From: a virus
Taxonomy: Duplodnaviria > Caudoviricetes
Virus record (IMG/VR): IMGVR_UViG_3300034197_000024
Location: 1-37,860 of that record
DNA: 37,860 bases
Strand: one strand, 5' to 3'
Below the pieces are notes generated by a model. The model saw nothing but the letters and a program-made list of their open reading frames with translations, did not search any database and was not told the origin of the DNA. A program made the position numbers and the translations under genes. Shown one piece after another: positions 1 through 7,148 of this stretch (position 1 is the stretch's first letter; each line of letters begins with the position of its first letter).

Positions 1-141
1 CGCTGGAGCTGCTGGAGCACGATGATGGTCTGTCGCCGCTTCAAACGCGCGCGCGCGGCAATCGTGGCGATTTTCGGCCAGCAGATCCCGTGCTCGTCGG
101 CGGTGTCCGCCAGCGCGAGCAGCACCTGGTGTGCGCCGCCC
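1..141. repeat. Terminal direct repeat, copy 1 (circular overlap)
   Basis: 1-141 equals 37720-37860 except T127/A37846 and T130/A37849. Confidence 0.95.
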
Positions 142-188
142 TCGTGCGGCGCACTCTCCCAGACCCGGTTCATAATCTTGATCGCCAT
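1..188 (-). CDS. 5' part of HTH replication initiator (continues across the junction to 36933; ~324 aa in total)
   Basis: ATG at 188 with GAGG upstream, just after the stop of 199..1011. Reads MAIKIMNRVWESAPHEGGA(HQ/LL)VLLALADTADEHGICWP, in frame with ORF 36933..37844. Confidence 0.85.
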   Translation of the reverse strand, partial: MAIKIMNRVWESAPHEGGAHQVLLALADTADEHGICWPKIATIAARARLKRRQTIIVLQQLQ

Positions 189-198
189 CGGGGTGCCT

Positions 199-1011
199 CT
201 ACGCCTCGACCAGGTGGCCGTTGGTGCGGTGTGCCGGTGCGCAGCCAATGCAGTAGTCGGGCATGCCAATCGAGGACGCGCGCACGCTGAACGCGATGCC
301 GCAGTCGGCGCAGGTCGGGCTGCTGGGTGTGGGTGGTGGCGTGCTGCGGGGTGCGGGGTGCGGAACTGCCTCGAGCTCGTCGAGGGCGTCGTGCCTGGGG
401 CGTCCGCCACGAACGCGGGCCTGGGGCGGCACAAGCGCGTTCACCTCGGTAATGTCAAGGTTGTGTTTCCGTGTTAGGTGGCGACGCATCCAGGCGGGCG
501 ATGCGTTGTAGCCGCAACTGCACGACCAGGCTCCACCAAACGCCTGCACTGTGGGCAGGGTGCCACCGGGTTGCACATCGGTGAGGTCTTCGTCCGCGTT
601 CTCTCCCTCCTCCTCTTCCTCCTCGTCGTCGTCGGGCTCCTCCACGAACGCGGGAGCCGCCGCGAACAGGGCTGCTTCGGCGGTCTGAACCAGTGACTGG
701 CTCCAGAGTGCGGGCGCGATGGGCGGTGCGGCCTGCGCGGTGGCGATCGGGATAGACAGGGCGATCTGTTCGCGCAGTGCCTCATTCTCGACAGCAAGCG
801 CGACGAGGCTTTCTAGTATCTTGGCCAGTGCCTGGTCGCGCGCGCTGATCTGCGCCGGGTGCGTCACCGCCCACTCGTCGAGCGTGCAAAAGAACGACCA
901 GGCGGGCAAGACGTTCTCGGTTGGGCAGCGGCACACCTGGAGCGCATAGGTCCAGCCGTCACTCCGGACCGGCGTCGGGTGGGGCAGGGTTGGGGTGAGA
1001 TCGACGATCAT
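199..1011 (-). CDS. Hypothetical protein with acidic tract, C2H2-like and C4 Zn-binding motifs
   Basis: 270-aa ORF with GAAGGG RBS. Motifs CSCG...HLTRKH and CADC...CIGC. Confidence 0.7.
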   Translation of the reverse strand: MIVDLTPTLPHPTPVRSDGWTYALQVCRCPTENVLPAWSFFCTLDEWAVTHPAQISARDQALAKILESLVALAVENEALREQIALSIPIATAQAAPPIAPALWSQSLVQTAEAALFAAAPAFVEEPDDDEEEEEEGENADEDLTDVQPGGTLPTVQAFGGAWSCSCGYNASPAWMRRHLTRKHNLDITEVNALVPPQARVRGGRPRHDALDELEAVPHPAPRSTPPPTPSSPTCADCGIAFSVRASSIGMPDYCIGCAPAHRTNGHLVEA

Positions 1012-1306
1012 TGGCGTGTCCCTTCGTACGTAACGCGACGCGCGACTCGATCAGGAGCGCGTGGAGCGTAGCGAGTGTCTCGAGCAACTGAGTCAGGTCG
1101 TCGTGGTCGTCGGTGAGCAGCTCATCGAGCGCGGCCAAGTCTTCGAGCGAGGCCACGTCGCGCAGGCGTGCGGCCAGGCGGGCCAGCAGCTGGCGCGAGC
1201 GACGGCGGCGTTCACGCGCCGGTACGGTAAGTTGGCGGGCGTCCTGCACGAGCGCCAGCAGTTCTTCGGTCCAGGTGATCCGCTTGCTGTGGTGCGTTTG
1301 GGGCAT
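959..1306 (-). CDS. Hypothetical helical protein (MPQTHHSKRITWTEELL...)
   Basis: ATG 1306 preceded by GGAGGGGAG, inside ORF 959..1624. Fits the leftward operon. Confidence 0.65.
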   Translation of the reverse strand: MPQTHHSKRITWTEELLALVQDARQLTVPARERRRRSRQLLARLAARLRDVASLEDLAALDELLTDDHDDLTQLLETLATLHALLIESRVALRTKGHANDRRSHPNPAPPDAGPE

Positions 1307-1628
1307 GGCCGCTCCCCTCCAGCGACCGGGCGACTTGCCCGGCGCGAAATGCGGCGGCATCGCGGCGCGCGAACTCGGCGCGAATGGCGTAGGCAGCGGC
1401 AACAGCCGCCCCGGAGATAATGGCAATCGGCCAGAAGGCGGCGGCGACGTCGGCCCCGCTCTGCTGCGGCACCGTGGCCGCGTAGCCGGTGAGCGCGCCG
1501 CCGATGGTGGCGGTACCGACCGCGTAGGCCTCGACGCGGCTGAGACGGTCGTAGAGCAGGAGGTGCTCGACGAGGAGGGTTGCGGCGGAGGCCGCACCCC
1601 AGCCGAGCGCAGCGGGTAACACAATCAC
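1212..1628 (-). CDS. Small multi-pass membrane protein, first gene of leftward operon
   Basis: GTG start with AAAGGAGG RBS. About three hydrophobic segments. Confidence 0.7.
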   Translation of the reverse strand: MIVLPAALGWGAASAATLLVEHLLLYDRLSRVEAYAVGTATIGGALTGYAATVPQQSGADVAAAFWPIAIISGAAVAAAYAIRAEFARRDAAAFRAGQVARSLEGSGHAPNAPQQADHLDRRTAGARAGRPPTYRTGA

Positions 1629-1652
1629 AACGGGCCTCCTTTGGCGTACACT
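1624..1652 (+). promoter_or_regulatory. Candidate promoter for recombinase gene
   Basis: ATCACA(1624-29)-17 bp-TACACT(1647-52). It overlaps the start codon and RBS of the opposite-strand gene and is followed by hairpin 1659-1687. Confidence 0.4.
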
Positions 1653-1720
1653 GATCGGGCAGTCTCCTACAATCAGAAGGGGGCTGCTCAGTGGGGGGAG
1701 CCGAATACGGTAGGTGCGAC

Positions 1721-2680
1721 ATGTCCGATACGATCCTGATGCTGTTACAACCCTTCGGACGGGAGTGGGTTGTAGGTCAGGGGAAAAGCGGCGCGACGTC
1801 AGATCGCTACGTGCGTGCGCTGCGGGCCTTTGCGACCTGGCTCGATGATCGCTCGGCGACGCCAGGCGACATCAGCCAGGAACTCATTGTCGAGTACCAG
1901 GGCGAGTTGGCGGCATTGGGGCGCGACGCGAAAACCATCGCGCTCACCCTGTCGGCGATTCGCTCGTTTTGCCGTTGGTGCGTCGCCACCAAACGGCGCG
2001 TGGACGATCCGACATTGTTTGTCGAGTGGCCAAAGCTGGCCAAGACCGCACCCAAGGCGCTCGATGGCGCGACACTGCGGGCGCTGCACGAGGCGCTGGC
2101 CGTGGTGCCGAGTGGCCGCAACCGCTCGGCCTGGACGTGGCGGCGCAACCGGCGCGCGCTCTATCTGATGCTCTACGCTGGCCTACGTCGCCTCGAGGTA
2201 CAGCGCCTCGTCTGGCGCGACGTGGACTTAGTCTACGGGGTGCTCACCGTGCGCTGCGGGAAGGGCGGCAAGGCCCGCCGCGTGCCCCTGCACCCCGTGC
2301 TGTGGGAGGAGCTGGAGGTCATTCCGCTCGCCCAGCGCCTCGACGACGCGGCGATTATTGCGACCCGCAATGGAACCGCAATGGATGTGACCAGCCTGGG
2401 CCACTTGGTCGACCGCTGGCTGCCCGCGCTGGGCGTGGGTGGCGTCACCCTGCACAGTCTTCGTCATACCTTCGCAACCGAACTGCGCCGCGTTGGCGCG
2501 GACTTGAAGAGCATCCAGGAGATGTTAGGCCATGCGTCGCTGGCCACGACAGAACTGTATCTGGGGCCTGACCCTGAACTCTTACGGGCGGCGCTGAACC
2601 TCTTGCCGGGGCCAGAGGCGATGGGACGGCGCGAGAAGGTCGAGCAGCCGACGCCGCAACGGTTGCGCTTGGTGCGGTAG
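1721..2680 (+). CDS. Tyrosine recombinase/integrase (XerC/D-like)
   Basis: SAM-like N-terminal domain. Catalytic motifs LYAGLRRLE (R), GKGGK (K), LHSLRH (HxxR), LGHASLATTELY (H, Y). ATG 1721 preferred over GTG 1691. Confidence 0.93.
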   Translation: MSDTILMLLQPFGREWVVGQGKSGATSDRYVRALRAFATWLDDRSATPGDISQELIVEYQGELAALGRDAKTIALTLSAIRSFCRWCVATKRRVDDPTLFVEWPKLAKTAPKALDGATLRALHEALAVVPSGRNRSAWTWRRNRRALYLMLYAGLRRLEVQRLVWRDVDLVYGVLTVRCGKGGKARRVPLHPVLWEELEVIPLAQRLDDAAIIATRNGTAMDVTSLGHLVDRWLPALGVGGVTLHSLRHTFATELRRVGADLKSIQEMLGHASLATTELYLGPDPELLRAALNLLPGPEAMGRREKVEQPTPQRLRLVR

Positions 2681-2686
2681 GGAATC

Positions 2687-2723
2687 AAAAACGCCGCCTG
2701 AACCTTCATTGGTTCAGGCGGCG
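2687..2723. terminator. Intrinsic terminator-like hairpin after recombinase
   Basis: 13-bp perfect stem CGCCGCCTGAACC/GGTTCAGGCGGCG with 6-nt loop. A-run at 2687-2691 gives a U-tract on the minus strand. Confidence 0.7.
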
Positions 2724-2856
2724 GAATCGGTGGTATGTGGCGATGGAATCCCTGTTCCCCAGCCACATAACACGGTAGGGGGTCGCACGGCTCCCTACAC
2801 ACAATTCCGCCTGTCGGGTCACTCGTCGCCGCATCGTTCACAAAGACGAGGTCCAG

Positions 2857-3411
2857 GTGAAGACGCTCGCTGCATCGCTCCGCCAGTTCGTTCAGCAGGC
2901 CGCCCAGATGTGGCAGCGTTGGTTCTCGCGACGTACCACCACCTTGGGAAAGGCGGGCGTGCTGGGAGTGAGTGTCTTCGTGTTCTGCTGTAGTTGCCTG
3001 TTCCTGATCGGGTTTGCCCGCAACACGGGCGAGAACCTGGGGATCCTCCCAACACGGACGCCTACCCAGGTGCCCACCGCGACGCTCCCGCCCACGGCGA
3101 CGGCCACACCCGAACCAACGACGACGCCTGTGCCGCCGACGTCGACCGCGACGGCCACGCCTGTGCCAACACCTGAGCCCACGCGCACGCCGTTGCCGAC
3201 GCTCGACCCAAATCGTCCGCCCACGTTCCGCGATGGAGTTGTTGACCCGGCCTGGTGGCCGTGCCAGCAGTACCAGATCAAGGCGAATATCGATTCGGGG
3301 ATCTACCACAGCCCTGGAGATCAGTCCTACGATAAAACCTTCGAGGGCGTGGTGTGTTTTGACACCGCAGCAGACGCGGACGCTGCGGGCTACCGTGCAG
3401 CGCGACGGTAG
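2857..3411 (+). CDS. Membrane-anchored protein with Pro/Thr linker and C-terminal Ada-like/'sunset' (IKxN..IYHxPG..Y..CF...A..AGYR) domain
   Basis: N-terminal TM, PT-rich stalk, motif QIKANIDSGIYHSPGDQSYDKT..VCFDTAADADAAGYRAA. Confidence 0.8.
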   Translation: MKTLAASLRQFVQQAAQMWQRWFSRRTTTLGKAGVLGVSVFVFCCSCLFLIGFARNTGENLGILPTRTPTQVPTATLPPTATATPEPTTTPVPPTSTATATPVPTPEPTRTPLPTLDPNRPPTFRDGVVDPAWWPCQQYQIKANIDSGIYHSPGDQSYDKTFEGVVCFDTAADADAAGYRAARR

Positions 3412-3507
3412 CAAGGTTTCCATATTTGGTTGTTAAGGTTCGGCTCTCCGGGCCTCAACATACCTCGTAGCGGCTTCTTGGCCGTGGCCACTACGAGGCT
3501 TCCCTGG

Positions 3508-3580
3508 TGGTATACTAGGGGAGCACAACCCCTGAGCTGGTGACTTTTAAGCCGCCGCCAGCTCAGGGGTCATTTTATTT
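3508..3580 (+). ncRNA. Candidate ~60-nt antisense RNA overlapping the 3' end of the HTH gene
   Basis: Extended -10 TGGTATACT (3508-3516), 13-bp stem 3528-3540/3558-3570, then CATTTTATTT. Confidence 0.45.
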
Positions 3581-3765
3581 CCCGATGTGCCAGCCCGTAA
3601 TCCCTCACGCTTTAGGCGCTCGAACTCGTCGCGAGTGATACGTACCGCGCCGCCGAGTCTCCGCGCCTCGATCTTTCCGAGTTTCACGTACTTGTAGATC
3701 GCGGCCCGCGTTAACCCGAAGTGTGCGGCGATTTCAGGTACTGGCACAAAGTCTTCATCAGACAC
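3547..3765 (-). CDS. Small MerR-like/excisionase-type HTH protein (HTH_17-like); probable repressor or Xis; ends in -LAAA
   Basis: GTG 3765 with AAGGGGGTG RBS. FVPVPEIAAHFGLTRAAIYKYVKLGKIEARRLGGAVRITRDEFERL is a typical Xis/MerR winged-helix pattern. Confidence 0.85.
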   Translation of the reverse strand: MSDEDFVPVPEIAAHFGLTRAAIYKYVKLGKIEARRLGGAVRITRDEFERLKREGLRAGTSGNKMTPELAAA

Positions 3766-3802
3766 GTTTGCATCACCCCCCTTCCAATGTCCTGTGCTCG
3801 GA

Positions 3803-3831
3803 AGCATACCACGCGCCGTTAATCTTGTCAA
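3803..3831 (-). promoter_or_regulatory. Leftward sigma70-type promoter for HTH gene
   Basis: Minus strand TTGACA(3831-3826)-17 bp-TATGCT(3808-3803) with TG extension. Confidence 0.75.
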
Positions 3832-3890
3832 CACTGTTGACAATGGTGTTGACATCTGCTATAATCAACAGTGTCAACAGGATAATCAAC
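3826..3890. repeat. Operator-like repeats TGTCAACA/TGTTGACA x4 and ATAATCAAC x2
   Basis: 8-mers at 3826, 3835, 3847, 3872. The first two form the palindrome TGTCAACA-C-TGTTGACA. ATAATCAAC at 3861 and 3882. Confidence 0.8.
3837..3865 (+). promoter_or_regulatory. Rightward perfect-consensus early promoter
   Basis: TTGACA(3837-42)-17 bp-TATAAT(3860-65) with TG extension. Confidence 0.88.
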
Positions 3891-3910
3891 CTTGTAAACG
3901 GAGCTTGACC

Positions 3911-4600
3911 ATGCAGCACCCAGCCGACGCCCTCAACGCCCAGATCGCGGACGATCTCCGCGAGACGTTCGCCGCCGCTGCGGTCTCGACCGCGCTGCTC
4001 GACAGCATTCGCACGCTGGATCACGACGCGCGCCGCCGCTGGCTGGCGGCTGCGACCGACGTCCAGATCGTCCGCTTGGCCGAGTGCTTCGCCGCAGAGG
4101 CCGGACGGCTGAGTGAGGCCGAGACGCTGGCCGCCTACACCGCGACGCTCCAGCGCTTGCAGCGTGAGGCGCGGGCCGAGCTGGCGGATGCGGGGCTGCC
4201 GGTGCCGCTGGTGCTGCCGCCCTACGCCTTGATTGTGGCCGCTGGCGACGAGCTGCTGACGGCGGAGGCCAAAGGCTCCCGCCGCTACAACGCGGTGAAG
4301 CGAGCGCTGCTGCTCGTGGGTGAGATCGTCGTGTTCGGTGCAGGGGTGTTGATGCCGTCGGCGAGTGGTGAGGGGCCGTACTTCCTCCACCAGGAAGAGG
4401 GCCAGTGGCGCTGCGACTGTCGGGCAGGCATTGAGCAGGGCATCTGCAAACACGCGCTGCGGCTGGAGCTGCTGGATCGGGCCTGGGAACTGCTCTCCGA
4501 GCAGGACGCCGACGAGCCCGAGCCCGAGCCCGAGCCCGAACGCACCCCTGCTGCGCTGGGTGCCCGGATTGCCCGAGCCCGCTACCTGGTGGCGGTGTGA
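3911..4600 (+). CDS. SWIM zinc-finger domain protein
   Basis: ATG 3911 after GGAG. Motif WRCDCRAGIEQGICKHAL fits CxC..CxH. Confidence 0.8.
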   Translation: MQHPADALNAQIADDLRETFAAAAVSTALLDSIRTLDHDARRRWLAAATDVQIVRLAECFAAEAGRLSEAETLAAYTATLQRLQREARAELADAGLPVPLVLPPYALIVAAGDELLTAEAKGSRRYNAVKRALLLVGEIVVFGAGVLMPSASGEGPYFLHQEEGQWRCDCRAGIEQGICKHALRLELLDRAWELLSEQDADEPEPEPEPERTPAALGARIARARYLVAV

Positions 4601-4806
4601 TGGCGGCGCAACGGCCCAGCGCGGCCTACCTCGCTGCGATCCATCGTGCGGTGCGGGCTGGGGCGCTGCGTGGCGACGAAGCCACCCAGCTGCTCGCCCC
4701 CTATAGCCTCCGCTGCGGGCTCCACGGCCAGCCCGCAATCGCAACAATGGCCGGGATGCCGCTGTGTGCGGCCTGTCTGCCCCCACGAAAGGAGCGGCAC
4801 CAGTGA
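4600..4806 (+). CDS. Small putative Zn-binding protein
   Basis: Start overlaps the upstream stop. Motif CGLH...CAAC. Confidence 0.6.
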   Translation: MAAQRPSAAYLAAIHRAVRAGALRGDEATQLLAPYSLRCGLHGQPAIATMAGMPLCAACLPPRKERHQ

Positions 4807-5030
4807 CCACGAGACTCGACTGGATCGACCAGGCGCTCGCCGACGCCCTTCGCGCCACGCGGCCCGAGCTGTGCGCCGTTGTTCAGACGTTGCACAAGCG
4901 CGGGGAGCCGCGTGAATCCCTGCTCGCCATTGCGATCGACGTGGCCAGCAGGGTCGACGGCCAGACGCTGGCTATCGGCTGCGTCGAGGCGCTCTTGAAC
5001 GTGCTCGACGGGCAGGGCACGGAGGCGTGA
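4803..5030 (+). CDS. Hypothetical protein
   Basis: GTG 4803 with AAGGAG RBS and GTGA coupling. Confidence 0.65.
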   Translation: MTTRLDWIDQALADALRATRPELCAVVQTLHKRGEPRESLLAIAIDVASRVDGQTLAIGCVEALLNVLDGQGTEA

Positions 5031-5293
5031 CACATTCTGACACGGGCCAGGGAGCGCGGGCCAGGGCACAATCCCGCCCCCGCTGCGAACCTTCAGCGGT
5101 ACAGCCTCGCACGCACGCATGCTCCGCGCTGCCTCTGCCGTGCCCGCGCCAGCGACCGCCGCAGCATGGCCGAGTCACCCCGCACGGCGCGGGGCTGCCC
5201 TACCACTACTCCTTAGAGCACTCTCACCACCACACGACGTTGGGGCTCGACTGTCGAGCCCCTGGGGCATTGAGAAGGAAGAAAGGCAGACGG

Positions 5294-5542
5294 ATGACAA
5301 CCGCCCTCGAGATCTGCACCCGCCTCACCCAGCGCCAGCAAGCGCTGCAAGCCCGCTATAAAGACCTGACCGACCAGGAGCGCGCCGAGCTGTGCGCGCT
5401 GCCCCTGCACATCCGCGCGGCCTTTGCCGCGAAACGACGCGGCGCGAACCCACACCGCAGTCTGAGCGAGGCGGCGGGTGTGCCCTCGCTCCCAGAGGCC
5501 TGGTCCGCACGCCAGGCCCGCACCCGAAAGGAACTCCGATGA
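5294..5542 (+). CDS. Hypothetical protein (MTTALEICTRL...)
   Basis: ATG 5294 after GAAAGG. ATGA-coupled to the next gene. Confidence 0.6.
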   Translation: MTTALEICTRLTQRQQALQARYKDLTDQERAELCALPLHIRAAFAAKRRGANPHRSLSEAAGVPSLPEAWSARQARTRKELR

Positions 5543-5868
5543 CAACGCCCACACTTCCCCGCCCCGACGTGGTACCAGGGTCGCAATCCCGCCCCGCTGT
5601 CGTCTTCACCATTCACGCCGTGATGGACGGTTTCCCGCTCGACATTCAATTCCAGGGCTCGGCAGATCAACTCCCTGTAACCCTTGCTCGCCTGCGCGAG
5701 CTGGGTGCGGTGCCCCCAGGGCGTGCCGCTGCGGCCGCAGCAGAGGCCGCGCGCGAAGCGCCGGTGTGCCCGTACCACGGGCCGATGAAGGAATCGACCA
5801 AGGCCCCTGGTACCTTCTTCTGCACCAAGAAGATGGGCGATGGAACGTACTGCAAGGAGAAGGCGTAA
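5539..5868 (+). CDS. Hypothetical protein with C-terminal Zn-ribbon-like motif
   Basis: ATG 5539 after AAAGGA. Motif CPYHGPMKES...FFCTKK..DGTYC. Confidence 0.75.
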   Translation: MTTPTLPRPDVVPGSQSRPAVVFTIHAVMDGFPLDIQFQGSADQLPVTLARLRELGAVPPGRAAAAAAEAAREAPVCPYHGPMKESTKAPGTFFCTKKMGDGTYCKEKA

Positions 5869-5869
5869 G

Positions 5870-6160
5870 ATGACGACGACCGAGCAGGGCTACATCTGCC
5901 GGGTGTGCGGCGACCCGAAACAACGGGACGAGATGGCGATGAGCGGCGGACGCCCGGCACGCATCTGCAAGGCCTGTAACGCGGCCAAGAGTCGCGCGTT
6001 GCGTCGCGTCCCCGCGCTGCGGATCGATCCCTGTCCGGCGTGTGGCGTGCGCCAGGCCAAGCACTGGAAGTGCAAGCGCTGCACGTCGCGGGGGCATATT
6101 CTGAGGCAGAGCGAGGCACAGCCAGACTTGTGCATGTGGTGTGCAGAGGAGACAACGTGA
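5870..6160 (+). CDS. Cys-rich multi-Zn-finger protein
   Basis: ATG 5870 after AAGGAG. Five CxxC pairs. Confidence 0.7.
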   Translation: MTTTEQGYICRVCGDPKQRDEMAMSGGRPARICKACNAAKSRALRRVPALRIDPCPACGVRQAKHWKCKRCTSRGHILRQSEAQPDLCMWCAEETT

Positions 6161-6705
6161 AGGCACTGACCTTAACCCAGCCGTGGGCAACCCTGATCGC
6201 TATCGGTGCGAAGCAGATCGAGACACGAAGCTGGACCACGCGCTACCGGGGTCCGCTGGCGATCCACGCGGGTAAGGGATTGGGGCCGGTGGGCGGCAGC
6301 GTTGGCTTGTGGAACCGCTGTGCGGAGCCGCTGTTTTTTCGCGCGCTTGAACCGTACTACCGCGTGACTCATCTAAGGCTTGGCGACCCGCCCGCACTCA
6401 TAGACTGTATCGACGTGACGGATCTTCCCCTCGGCGCGATTGTCGCCGTCGCCGAGCTGGTGGACTGCTGGCCAATTACGGACGAGCCAAGAGTGCGCCC
6501 GATTCGACACAACGACACATGGCTGTCCTACCACATTCCCCCAGAGGAGCCCGAGCGCGCCTTTGGCGACTACAGCCCTGGCCGCTACGCCTGGCTGCTC
6601 GCCGACGTGCGGCCGCTGGCCGTACCGGTGCCTGCACGGGGCGCACAGGGGCTCTGGGATCTCCCGGTGGACGTGGCGGCGCTGATCGCGGAGGAGGGGC
6701 TATGA
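6157..6705 (+). CDS. ASCH domain protein
   Basis: MKALTLTQPWATLIAIGAKQIETRSW..YRGPLAIHAG and C-terminal PARGAQGLW. GTG 6157 with GAGGAG RBS. Confidence 0.9.
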   Translation: MKALTLTQPWATLIAIGAKQIETRSWTTRYRGPLAIHAGKGLGPVGGSVGLWNRCAEPLFFRALEPYYRVTHLRLGDPPALIDCIDVTDLPLGAIVAVAELVDCWPITDEPRVRPIRHNDTWLSYHIPPEEPERAFGDYSPGRYAWLLADVRPLAVPVPARGAQGLWDLPVDVAALIAEEGL

Positions 6706-6974
6706 CCACACTGCCGGCCTGGTGGACGATACGCGACGGTATCATCGCCGCCACGTACCGCGATCACTACGCGGCAATGGGGACAAGCCCTGAGCCGAAG
6801 CCGTGGCCGGAGCTTGCCGAAGCCGCGCTTCGCTGTCGCCACTGCTACAAGTGGCAGAGCGCCGACGGTATAACCGGGAACTGCACGATGCCTGCAACTG
6901 AGGCAACCGTGAACTGTGGGAGAACCGTGTGGGATGACTGTTGTGAGCAGTGGCACACCCGGCTCGGGGAGTGA
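6702..6974 (+). CDS. Small Cys-containing hypothetical protein
   Basis: ATG 6702 after GGAGGAGG. Motif CRHC..W...GNC...DDCCEQW. Confidence 0.7.
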   Translation: MTTLPAWWTIRDGIIAATYRDHYAAMGTSPEPKPWPELAEAALRCRHCYKWQSADGITGNCTMPATEATVNCGRTVWDDCCEQWHTRLGE

Positions 6975-7044
6975 GCTGCCACCGGGTGGCAGCAGGCTGG
7001 GACGGGTGGCCGCTACTCCTGCCGCCCAGCCTGCTGCCAGTCCT

Positions 7045-7109
7045 AGTATAGCGCGTCCCTCCGTGGTACTCAAGGGCTATTTAGTACCCCTTGAGCCGCG
7101 TGCTATACT
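7045..7109. promoter_or_regulatory. Divergent promoter pair at the early/late boundary
   Basis: Plus strand TTAGTA(7081-86)-17-TATACT(7104-09) with TG extension. Minus strand TTGAGT(7073-68)-17-TATACT(7050-45). Inner inverted repeat CTCAAGGG/CCCTTGAG. Confidence 0.7.
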
Positions 7110-7148
7110 AGATGTGCTACTCCTGCCGGGCGTGCGAAAGCATGTGCC

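Noticed and set aside
959-1306. Stop-codon reassignment suggested by 50-95-bp gene overlaps (also 35961-36034)
   Set aside because: All three stop codons end well-supported genes and conserved genes are uninterrupted. The overlaps are simple run-on tails.
3412-3460. tRNA-derived attP core or dif-like site (GGTTCGG; TGTTAA)
   Set aside because: Does not complete a T-arm/acceptor stem, and arm spacing does not fit dif.
3528-3600. tmRNA gene or fragment (tag-like frame with stop in a hairpin loop)
   Set aside because: No tRNA-like 5' GGGG or 3' T-arm/CCA ends nearby. Kept only as an ssrA-like protein tail.
7064-7090. LexA/SOS box (GTAC repeats)
   Set aside because: Spacing does not match GAAC-N4-GTTC or GTAC-N4-GTAC type boxes.
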